Shown here: positions 30,274-37,737 of the stretch, one piece after another
How the letters are laid out: the number at the start of each line of letters is the position of its first letter
Position numbering within the stretch: position 1 is the stretch's first letter
IMG/VR virus record: IMGVR_UViG_3300029951_000064
Origin: a virus
DNA length: 39,543 bases
Reading direction: 5' to 3' (one strand)
Made by a program: the position numbers and the translations under genes
Notes under the pieces: generated by a model
The model's database searches: none
What the model saw: only the letters and a program-made list of their open reading frames with translations
Told to the model about the DNA's origin: nothing

Positions 30274-32043
30274 TCACCCGAGCACGTTCCCCTCTTGGAA
30301 CATCACGTCGAAGGCAGAAATCCGCTGATCGGGCAGCGTCGTTCCCAAATTCGTCGTCAACTGGAAAACAACCCCGATCGCGACGCCTTCGCCCTGCGCG
30401 TCCTGCCATGTCGAATAGGGGACGAGCGCGCCAGACCAGACGGCTTGATCCCACTTCGCCACGTCCCAAAGCGCGCCGGCAAGCGCCGTCGAGGGGTTCG
30501 GGCCAGCCGGAATCGTGGTGTTGAATTCGACGTTGATCATGATTTGCGGCGTGACAGGTTGCGCGGCGAGAAAATAGGGCTTCACCAACACAACCTGCTT
30601 TTGCGAGGCTGGGCGCCCGAGATAGGAGAACGCCATCATGATGGTGGTGGTGTAATTATTTAGGCCGGCGTCGCAGCCTCCCGTCTCGCCCTGCCAGACG
30701 TTGCCAGCCGAATCCCCGTAAAACATATTGTCGTTGAAAATGCCGAAGCAATTGGCGTCCCATCCGAGATAGCGCGCCCAGGCGCCGGTGCGGGAATTGG
30801 CGACGAATTGCGTGAAATCCGAGGCATTTTCCTTCGGCAGATTGATGATCGCCATCGATTGCAGGGGCCACGGCACGATTTGCCAGCCCGAGATACCGGC
30901 CCGGGCAATGACAGCATCACGCCAGGCGGGCGCAATCGGCTTCGTCACGGCGATGTTTTCGAGGGCGACTTGGTCGAGGGTCATGACCTTCGACATCGGG
31001 ACAATGCCGTCCTCGGTCATAATGAGGAGGTCGCCGCCCGCGGGCATGGTGCAACGCGGGCCGAGCGGTCGCGCGATGGTATATTGGCCGACCAGCGTCC
31101 AGCTTGTATCGGCGGGGCTCGCGCCGTTGTAGAGAAGAACCTCGCCTTCGGACGTGATGAACACAAAGCCGAGATATTGCCCGACGCCGGAATTCACGGC
31201 CCATTGGGCCATCGCAATGAGATATCCTCCCTTGAGGCAAAATGGCGCGAGGGGAAAGAGCGTCGCCGGGCCGCCGATCGCGGCGAGGCCGAGATAATAG
31301 CAATTCAAGGTTTGGCCGTCGGCGAAATACAAATGCCCGCGATATTGCGCGACGGCGGAAAATCCGACCCCGGAATATCCGGTAATCGGCGCATTCTGAT
31401 AAAAAGTGAGCGATTCCGCCCCGGAGCCCGTCGCCGCGATGCTGATGACGATGCTCGTGTTCGGATTGATGCTGACGATCGTCGCGCCCGCGGGAATGTT
31501 CGTGCCCGAAAGCGCCATTCCGACTTGCAGATTCGCGGTCGACGCCATGAGAATCGTCGTCGTCGCATTGAGCGTCCCGGAAAGGACGAAGGTGCGATTC
31601 CATCCGGTCCCGTCGAAGATTTGAACAGGATCGACCCCGTCGACGGCGACCAGATAGCTCCCCCCAAACCCGGCAAACTGCACATATTGCAGAAAGCTGC
31701 TGTTGAGGCCGGTGACCTTCGGCGCCCCAACGGCGCCCGCGCTCGAAATATCGTAAATCTCTTTGTTGCAGACGGCGAAAAACTTCGAATTGACCCCGCT
31801 TACCCAAGGCATGATGGACGAGACGGCGAAGGATCCCATCCCGCTCGCCCACAATTGCGAGCCTCCCCGCACGCGAACGTAGTCAAGTTGGGGAAATGCG
31901 TTGTCGAAAACGATTGCGGTTTTGGGGGGAGGCTGCGCCTGGTTATCGCCGACATACCAACCCGAGGTCGGGGCCGGCATATTGAAAACCTCGGAGACCT
32001 GCGCGCCCGCATCCTCCATTTGCTGCTTGCGGCGCCGGCTCAT
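30274..32043 (-). CDS. Virion structural protein (589 aa), nozzle or tail-tubular-B-like
   Basis: Size and position after the adaptor-like gene. Contains the shared G..IP.G.TI module. Family call tentative. Confidence 0.5.
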   Translation of the reverse strand: MSRRRKQQMEDAGAQVSEVFNMPAPTSGWYVGDNQAQPPPKTAIVFDNAFPQLDYVRVRGGSQLWASGMGSFAVSSIMPWVSGVNSKFFAVCNKEIYDISSAGAVGAPKVTGLNSSFLQYVQFAGFGGSYLVAVDGVDPVQIFDGTGWNRTFVLSGTLNATTTILMASTANLQVGMALSGTNIPAGATIVSINPNTSIVISIAATGSGAESLTFYQNAPITGYSGVGFSAVAQYRGHLYFADGQTLNCYYLGLAAIGGPATLFPLAPFCLKGGYLIAMAQWAVNSGVGQYLGFVFITSEGEVLLYNGASPADTSWTLVGQYTIARPLGPRCTMPAGGDLLIMTEDGIVPMSKVMTLDQVALENIAVTKPIAPAWRDAVIARAGISGWQIVPWPLQSMAIINLPKENASDFTQFVANSRTGAWARYLGWDANCFGIFNDNMFYGDSAGNVWQGETGGCDAGLNNYTTTIMMAFSYLGRPASQKQVVLVKPYFLAAQPVTPQIMINVEFNTTIPAGPNPSTALAGALWDVAKWDQAVWSGALVPYSTWQDAQGEGVAIGVVFQLTTNLGTTLPDQRISAFDVMFQEGNVLG

Positions 32044-32783
32044 TCATCGCCTGTCAAGGTCGTATAGATCGGCAGAATCCCCGGCCATACGCTCGGGCCG
32101 CCGAGCGGGACTTGGCTCATATTCACTTCCCGATAGGTATCCTGCCGCCCGTCGGCGCGCATGAACGAGCGCTCGAACCGCTCTTTCGCCGCCCCGTAGG
32201 AAAGGCCTTTGGCCTCAAGCCAGCGATATTCGAGTCCGCGCGTCATGACTTTTTCATCAATCAGCGAAATATCGGTATCGGCCGACCAGTAGAGCCGATG
32301 AACGCCCGCCGCGGTCTGAATCCAGCGCGGCGAATAATAATTATAGGTCAACGTCTCGCCGAGCGAGAGGGCGGGCCAGACCTCGAAAGTGTTGCCGATG
32401 ATATGCCAGACCGGGCGAATTGGGCCGACCGGGAAGGCCTTGAGGGCCGCCAATTCTTCGTCGGTCACCCGAACGATGGGCTGCAAAGGGAACGCGGTCG
32501 ATTGCATTTGCAGGCCCGGCGACATGCCGGCGAAATCACTGGCCGGTGTGTCGGCCGCTCCAATCGGGAACGGCCAAATCGTCGTCACGCCATCGCCGGG
32601 GCCGATCGACGCGGGAACGTCGAGGGGTTGCCAGAAATCGCTTTCCGCGACTTCGTCCCCGACATCTTGCAAGAGCGCCTGCATTTGAGCGACGCCGGAA
32701 TCGGCAGTGTTGCCGAAAACGGTCGCGACCGTCCCCATGTTTTTGCGGAGGCGGAACGCGTTGACGATGCTCAAAAGGCTCAT
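32040..32783 (-). CDS. Virion structural protein (247 aa), adaptor or tail-tubular-A-like
   Basis: Position. ATGA-coupled to the 589-aa gene. Tentative. Confidence 0.45.
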   Translation of the reverse strand: MSLLSIVNAFRLRKNMGTVATVFGNTADSGVAQMQALLQDVGDEVAESDFWQPLDVPASIGPGDGVTTIWPFPIGAADTPASDFAGMSPGLQMQSTAFPLQPIVRVTDEELAALKAFPVGPIRPVWHIIGNTFEVWPALSLGETLTYNYYSPRWIQTAAGVHRLYWSADTDISLIDEKVMTRGLEYRWLEAKGLSYGAAKERFERSFMRADGRQDTYREVNMSQVPLGGPSVWPGILPIYTTLTGDE

Positions 32784-32806
32784 GACGCGACCTCATAGGC
32801 GCCCGC

Positions 32807-33475
32807 TCAGGCGGCCTGTTCTTTGGGATGCGCCGGGCGCCCAGGGCCGCGCTTCGGCGCGTCTGCGGATGACGACTGCGCATCGAGGCGCGCGCCAAGC
32901 TCGCGAATCTGGCGCTGCAAATCCTCGTTCGATTCCTTGAGGCGATCGTTTTGCGCGGCGATGCTCGCGGCAATCCCCGCGTCTTTCGAGGCCCCGAGCC
33001 ATGCCTTCGCGCGCTCGCGCCATTGATTGCCGTCGAGAATGCGATGGAGGGTCGAATCGGGGCATTCGGCCAAGTGCTCGACCGACAGAATATTGAGCGC
33101 CTTCAATTCCATGCAAAATCCGGCCGAAATCATCGGCCAATGGGAAAGCGGCGTCCCGTCGATATGGTCGTTTTTCTTGGTCTCTTTCCAGCGCTTGTAA
33201 GCCTCGTGGAAGCGCTCGCGCAGGGCGTCCGTCACAGGATGAACAGGCGCGCTGTTATGGTCTCCGGTGGTGCGCAGCATGACCATTTCGTCGTCGCGCG
33301 TGCGCAGCGTGCCGGCTGCATCGGTCGCGCGCTGATCGACCGACGTTTGCATGAAGAAAACCGCCGTAATGCCCTTGTTCATCGCGGCATAGTCGACGCC
33401 GTTATTGCCGACCGTGGCGAACACGTCGTTGAGGCCGAGATTTTGGGTTTCGAAGGCTGAAAAAACATCGCTCAC
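32807..33475 (-). CDS. Hypothetical structural-module protein (222 aa)
   Basis: ORF track. GTG start with a GAGGAG RBS. C-terminal coiled coil. Confidence 0.5.
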   Translation of the reverse strand: MSDVFSAFETQNLGLNDVFATVGNNGVDYAAMNKGITAVFFMQTSVDQRATDAAGTLRTRDDEMVMLRTTGDHNSAPVHPVTDALRERFHEAYKRWKETKKNDHIDGTPLSHWPMISAGFCMELKALNILSVEHLAECPDSTLHRILDGNQWRERAKAWLGASKDAGIAASIAAQNDRLKESNEDLQRQIRELGARLDAQSSSADAPKRGPGRPAHPKEQAA

Positions 33476-33490
33476 AGGCGCGCTCCTCGC

Positions 33491-33523
33491 GGGGGAAAAG
33501 GAAAAGGGGCGCCGAAGCGCCCC
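33491..33523 (-). terminator. Rho-independent terminator (minus strand)
   Basis: Perfect 7-bp stem GGGGCGC-TTCG-GCGCCCC followed by TTTTCCTTTTCC on the minus strand, starting 4 nt after the stop at 33527. Confidence 0.65.
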
Positions 33524-33526
33524 CGG

Positions 33527-34084
33527 TCACTCGTTATTGTGGTCGCTCGCCGGGTCGCGGTCAATGTCCGCAAGAGAGCCTTCCCCCGCGTCTTGCTGAT
33601 TGGAGGCCGCACGCTGCACGTCGGGGTCGCTCGCAGCCCATTCCGCGCTTTGGGCGATCGGCTGGGCGTGTAGAGCCGGCTGCGCGCCTCCCGATGCAAC
33701 CGACTTCTGGTAAGCCATCCACTCGCAATAGGCCCCGCTTTCGGGGGGCGTCTCGCCGTCCTGCACAAGCTTAACGGAGGTCACCGCGAACGGCACGCCG
33801 TTCTGATTCGAGACCATGAGATTGACCATGGAATCGGAATGCACGAACGCCACGAGCGCCGCAAACGTCGCGCTGCGATCGTCGTGCGGGTGAAACAGCA
33901 CAACGCGGCCGACCGTCGGCTTGATGACGACGGGACCGCTCGGGGCTATTTCACGTGAAACAGGACTCTGGCCATCCCGGCCGCCGATGCGGCTTTCAAG
34001 GTGCAGAAACAGAAGCTTGGTCGCGTTGTCTAAATGGTGAAAGCGCGCATCGTCCTGCGCGAATAGGTCTGACAAATAGGACAT
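33527..34084 (-). CDS. Hypothetical protein (185 aa)
   Basis: In-frame ATG 34084 (MSYLSDLF) with a GAAAGG RBS. The track's longer N-terminus runs through a structured intergenic region. Confidence 0.5.
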   Translation of the reverse strand: MSYLSDLFAQDDARFHHLDNATKLLFLHLESRIGGRDGQSPVSREIAPSGPVVIKPTVGRVVLFHPHDDRSATFAALVAFVHSDSMVNLMVSNQNGVPFAVTSVKLVQDGETPPESGAYCEWMAYQKSVASGGAQPALHAQPIAQSAEWAASDPDVQRAASNQQDAGEGSLADIDRDPASDHNNE

Positions 34085-34123
34085 GGGGCGGCCTTTCGAG
34101 GCAAGCAAGGGAGGATAAGGCGT

Positions 34124-34149
34124 GGCCCCAGGGCTTGCGTCCTGGGGCC
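34124..34149 (-). other. Perfect 9-bp hairpin GGCCCCAGG-N8-CCTGGGGCC, nested inside GCAAGCA/TGCTTGC
   Basis: Read directly. Lies in the 107-nt gap after the decoration gene. Confidence 0.5.
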
Positions 34150-34191
34150 TGCTTGCAAACGCGAAAGGGAGAGAAGCCGTTCCCCGCCGCG

Positions 34192-35178
34192 TTAGTTCTG
34201 GACCGCGACCGACGGCCAATTAAGGAAGGCCTCGACGTAAATCGAAGTCGTCAAGGCGATATTGTTGGCCGTCGCCGTCGCATTGGCGCTCATAACGATC
34301 GTGTAGGGCGCCGAATTGCCGATGATTTGCAGAATGGTCGTCGAGCCGGGGATGCCCGTTCCGGCGATCGTCTGGTTTGGATACATGCCGGCGATCGAGG
34401 TCACGTTCGTCAAGTTCGGCGAGCCGTTCGTCGTGGTCGCCAGACCGACGCCGTTCGTTGACGTGATCGTCACCGTTCCCGAAGCCGTCGCGAGCAAATT
34501 CATATAGACGGTCGAGCCCTGGATATCGGTGATGATTGCGCCCGTCGCAATGCCGGTGCCCGAAAGCTGCTGCCCGATGACAAGGCCGCGATTCTGCGAA
34601 ACGGCCGTGATCGTGCCCGAGCCGCTAACCGTCGTGCCGGTGAAGGTCCATGACAATTCGCAGGTGAAAACATTCGCGATGCCCATCGAACCCGCGAGCG
34701 GCGTCGTCGGCTGATTAAGCTGGCCAGCGACCGCCGTGGTGTTGATCGGCTTCGTCTGCGCGTTGATCGTCGCGCAGTTAAGAAGCGAAATGCCTGCGCG
34801 CTGCACCCACATGGCATACATGCCAGGGACGAACGTATATGACCAGACGTTGCCCGGATCGGGCTGGCTGGCCTGCGTCGCCTTCGTGCCGCCAAAGAAT
34901 GCCGTCCCGAGATTCGCGCCGAAAGGATGCGCGCCGGCGCCCGTCGCCGCACGAATCGCCTTGAACGAATTGTCATAGACAACCGCATCGCCCTGATTGA
35001 GCGTCAGAGCCGCGACGACCGGGAAGAGAACATAGACAAATTCCGCGCCAGTGTCGCCGCCGACCACGGTTCCCGGCGCGAAGCTCGGAAATGGAGCCTG
35101 CCCAGCCGAGCCAAACGGCCCCTCGGGAAGAGCGGTGCGGGCGCCAATGGCCTCGAATTGCATCCGAGCGATCGTCAT
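34192..35178 (-). CDS. Capsid decoration / cement-like protein (328 aa) with two copies of the shared repeat module
   Basis: Immediately downstream of the major capsid gene. Internal repeats ...IGQQLSGTGIATGAIITDI... and ...PNQTIAGTGIPGSTTILQI... Confidence 0.5.
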   Translation of the reverse strand: MTIARMQFEAIGARTALPEGPFGSAGQAPFPSFAPGTVVGGDTGAEFVYVLFPVVAALTLNQGDAVVYDNSFKAIRAATGAGAHPFGANLGTAFFGGTKATQASQPDPGNVWSYTFVPGMYAMWVQRAGISLLNCATINAQTKPINTTAVAGQLNQPTTPLAGSMGIANVFTCELSWTFTGTTVSGSGTITAVSQNRGLVIGQQLSGTGIATGAIITDIQGSTVYMNLLATASGTVTITSTNGVGLATTTNGSPNLTNVTSIAGMYPNQTIAGTGIPGSTTILQIIGNSAPYTIVMSANATATANNIALTTSIYVEAFLNWPSVAVQN

Positions 35179-35193
35179 TTTGCTTTACCTTTC

Positions 35194-35233
35194 GAAGAAA
35201 AAGGGAATTTAGAGGGGCCTCCCTAGACCCCTC
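35194..35233 (-). terminator. Possible attenuator or terminator after the major capsid gene
   Basis: Stem GAGGGG-N10-CCCCTC (35212-35233), then a TTTTT run 6 nt downstream on the minus strand. Confidence 0.3.
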
Positions 35234-35247
35234 CATCGCCCGCTAAT

Positions 35248-36249
35248 TTACTGCCACAAAACGCCATTTAGGCTGAGGTTGTTGGCAGTCATATTACCCG
35301 CCCACGCCATTATGCGCACAACCGCGTCCTGATTGACGTTGGTCCGATCGCCGCCGATGACCTTGAAGTTTCGCTTCGAGGACGGCCGATAAAGGACGGT
35401 TTTGGTGTTGAGGAAATAGGCCGTGTTCGTCGGAATCTGGCCGTTCTTGCCGCCGTCGAGGACGACGTCGACCTCTTTACCGGCGCCGTAATATTTCAGC
35501 GACGTGAAGCCCGCGCCCGCCATCGCCTTCTCTGACGTGATGCGCTGGATAAGCTGCAACGAGGTCAAATAGGCGATATAGATGTTGTTGTCGGCGACGA
35601 TCAGGTCAACGCCATCCGAATTGCGCTTTAACCCGATGGTCGTCGAGTTGAAATAGCTCTGGACGTTGCTCGACGTGATGACGCCGCGCGAATCGGTATT
35701 GGCGTTGACGCTGACATTGCGCCACCACGGATTCGCGCCGCGATCGATGCCGCCGACCAGTCCCGAGGTCGGAGCCTTCGAAACGAGGAGGGCCAGGCCG
35801 CCGATCTGCTTGCCAGAAAATCCGGTGCCGTCGGAATAGACGCCCGCCGACATTTCATTGTCAAAGGTCGCTTCCGCGGTATCGGTGCGCTCGACGATCA
35901 AGTCAAGCATCTGCTCCTCGCCGTCGTTCTGAATATCTTCCAGGCCCGACAGCACAACGGCGACCGAACACTGCTTCCATGGGAAGCGGGCGGCGGTCAT
36001 CGTGTCGTTCAATGAAATGTTGATAAATTCCGTGCCCGAATACCACATGAACGACTGGTTTTGGGCATAGCGGAGGCCTTGATAAATCTCTCGGCCGCCC
36101 GAGATTGGCTTGCTGTTGCCGCCCTTGCGAATGAACGCCAGGAGGGCGTTGTTGTTCGTAACGTTGTCCTCCAACGTCTTGGAGCGGTTTTCGAGGGTCG
36201 TGGTGACAACGTCACCCCAATCTACTGAGACGACTTGCGGCGAGGCCAT
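35248..36249 (-). CDS. Major capsid protein (333 aa), HK97 fold, epsilon15/BPP-1-like family
   Basis: N-terminal pattern ENRSKTLEDNVTNNNALLAFIRKGG...GGREI, size, and position after the scaffold gene. Confidence 0.8.
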   Translation of the reverse strand: MASPQVVSVDWGDVVTTTLENRSKTLEDNVTNNNALLAFIRKGGNSKPISGGREIYQGLRYAQNQSFMWYSGTEFINISLNDTMTAARFPWKQCSVAVVLSGLEDIQNDGEEQMLDLIVERTDTAEATFDNEMSAGVYSDGTGFSGKQIGGLALLVSKAPTSGLVGGIDRGANPWWRNVSVNANTDSRGVITSSNVQSYFNSTTIGLKRNSDGVDLIVADNNIYIAYLTSLQLIQRITSEKAMAGAGFTSLKYYGAGKEVDVVLDGGKNGQIPTNTAYFLNTKTVLYRPSSKRNFKVIGGDRTNVNQDAVVRIMAWAGNMTANNLSLNGVLWQ

Positions 36250-36259
36250 GGCCTAATCC

Positions 36260-37393
36260 CTAAATTCTGGCCCCTTTTTGGGCCGCCAAGGCCTCCCGCG
36301 CGATTTCCATCGCCGATTGGCCCGCTTTTGGAGCGCTCGCGGCAGGAATGCCCCGCGCCGGCGCCCCGGTGATAGCTTTCGCCTGTCGCCGCGCCTGATC
36401 GGCGGCCTGGGCGTTGACGATACGCCTCGCGGGAGCGGCGCCCATGTGGGGCCTGATCGTCGCGTCGGCGTAACAAGCCATGTCGTAAGCGGCTTGCAGC
36501 CTTTCCTTGAGGGGCAGCGCCGCATCGATAACTCCCGACGACAGAATGCCGGGAATTTTTGCCTCGACGTTCGCATAGAACCTGTTTGATGGGTCCGCAG
36601 CGAAAGCCTCGACGACCGAAAGTCGCTCTTTTTGTCCCGCCTCCTGCGCAATTTCTTGCCGGACTTGGGCGATGATTCTTTGGGGATCGACCGTCTGATG
36701 GGTCGGGGCAGGCTGGGGATTTGGTCGAGGAGCGCCCGGCTGCTGATTGCCGGAAAGGCGCTGCGACCACGCAACTAGGAACTGTCTCGGGTCTTTGATT
36801 CCGACGTTCGCTAGGACTCTTGTCACGCCAGCAAAAACGTCACGGCGCAACTCTTGCTCGATTCCTACATATTGTTCCAAGGCTTTATCAAGCGTCGTGC
36901 CGCCCTTCAAGGCCATTTCGTGGTATTTTTCCACAGGCTTGAAGATTGAGAGCTTGGCAAAGCCCTGCTCAATCTCGCGTTCGCGCTTGACAATGTCGGC
37001 CTTGATATGCGGGGGGAGTTTTTCGAAATCGACTTTCGACTGCGGCGACCAGCCGCCTGGGGGTCTCTCGACGACAGGTGCGTTGGGATCAGCCGCGGCG
37101 ACCGGGGGCGTTCCTGGGGCGACAGGCGGAACGGGAGCGCCCGTTCGATCCGGCGCAGGCTTGTCGGTCCTCGGCACGAACTTGCCGTCTGGCGCCCGCG
37201 CGCGGTCGCGCTCGGCGCCGCGCTCGCCCGAATGACCTTCGTCCCCCTCAGCGCGGTCCTTCTGATCGTTGAGCGCCGCGCGCGCGATTTCGAGGGTCGA
37301 TTCGGGAGCGGCGGGGGCTGCTGTTTCGCCGGAAGCGCCATCACCAGGCGCGAGCGTGTCGGCGATTTCGTTTTCTAGTCCGGGGCCTGCCAT
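36260..37393 (-). CDS. Scaffolding protein (377 aa)
   Basis: Immediately upstream of the capsid gene. Ala/Pro/charged-rich and helical. Confidence 0.55.
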   Translation of the reverse strand: MAGPGLENEIADTLAPGDGASGETAAPAAPESTLEIARAALNDQKDRAEGDEGHSGERGAERDRARAPDGKFVPRTDKPAPDRTGAPVPPVAPGTPPVAAADPNAPVVERPPGGWSPQSKVDFEKLPPHIKADIVKREREIEQGFAKLSIFKPVEKYHEMALKGGTTLDKALEQYVGIEQELRRDVFAGVTRVLANVGIKDPRQFLVAWSQRLSGNQQPGAPRPNPQPAPTHQTVDPQRIIAQVRQEIAQEAGQKERLSVVEAFAADPSNRFYANVEAKIPGILSSGVIDAALPLKERLQAAYDMACYADATIRPHMGAAPARRIVNAQAADQARRQAKAITGAPARGIPAASAPKAGQSAMEIAREALAAQKGARI

Positions 37394-37737
37394 GCTGTTG
37401 AACTTTCCGATTCGAGGGGCTTCGGTTTGTAGCCAGCGCGGACCTTGCGATAGGCCTCGCCGATTTCGTTTTTCGTGATACGGCGGGAATTGTCGAGGGT
37501 CCGCGTCGGCGCTTGATCGCCGACCTCAACCACTCCCGCCGCCTTATAGCCGCGCCGGAGCGCGGATTTCGAGGAATAGACTCTTCCGTCGGCCATGCTG
37601 CGCAAGTCGCCGATCGAATCCATATTGAGCATCGGCGCGGGCAGATGCGAGCGGGCCGGCGCCGGCCGCCGATCAAGAGGGCCGCCCTTCTCGACAAGCG
37701 CGCCGTTGCGGAAAACGAAAGTGCCTCGATTGCTCAT
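37375..37737 (-). CDS. Hypothetical protein (120 aa)
   Basis: ORF track. ATGA-coupled to the upstream gene. Confidence 0.5.
   Translation of the reverse strand: MSNRGTFVFRNGALVEKGGPLDRRPAPARSHLPAPMLNMDSIGDLRSMADGRVYSSKSALRRGYKAAGVVEVGDQAPTRTLDNSRRITKNEIGEAYRKVRAGYKPKPLESESSTAWQAPD

Noticed and set aside
30808-32067. 419-aa plus-strand ORF. Similar long antisense or off-frame ORFs occur at 23016-24323, 19766-20815, 5703-6590, 1741-2670, 17308-18336, 16228-17052 and 14271-14978.
   Set aside because: Each is antisense to, or out of frame with, a gene that has clear family motifs (structural proteins, terL, portal, radical SAM, Bet). Composition is Arg/Gly/Pro-biased, as expected for non-coding frames in GC-rich sequence.
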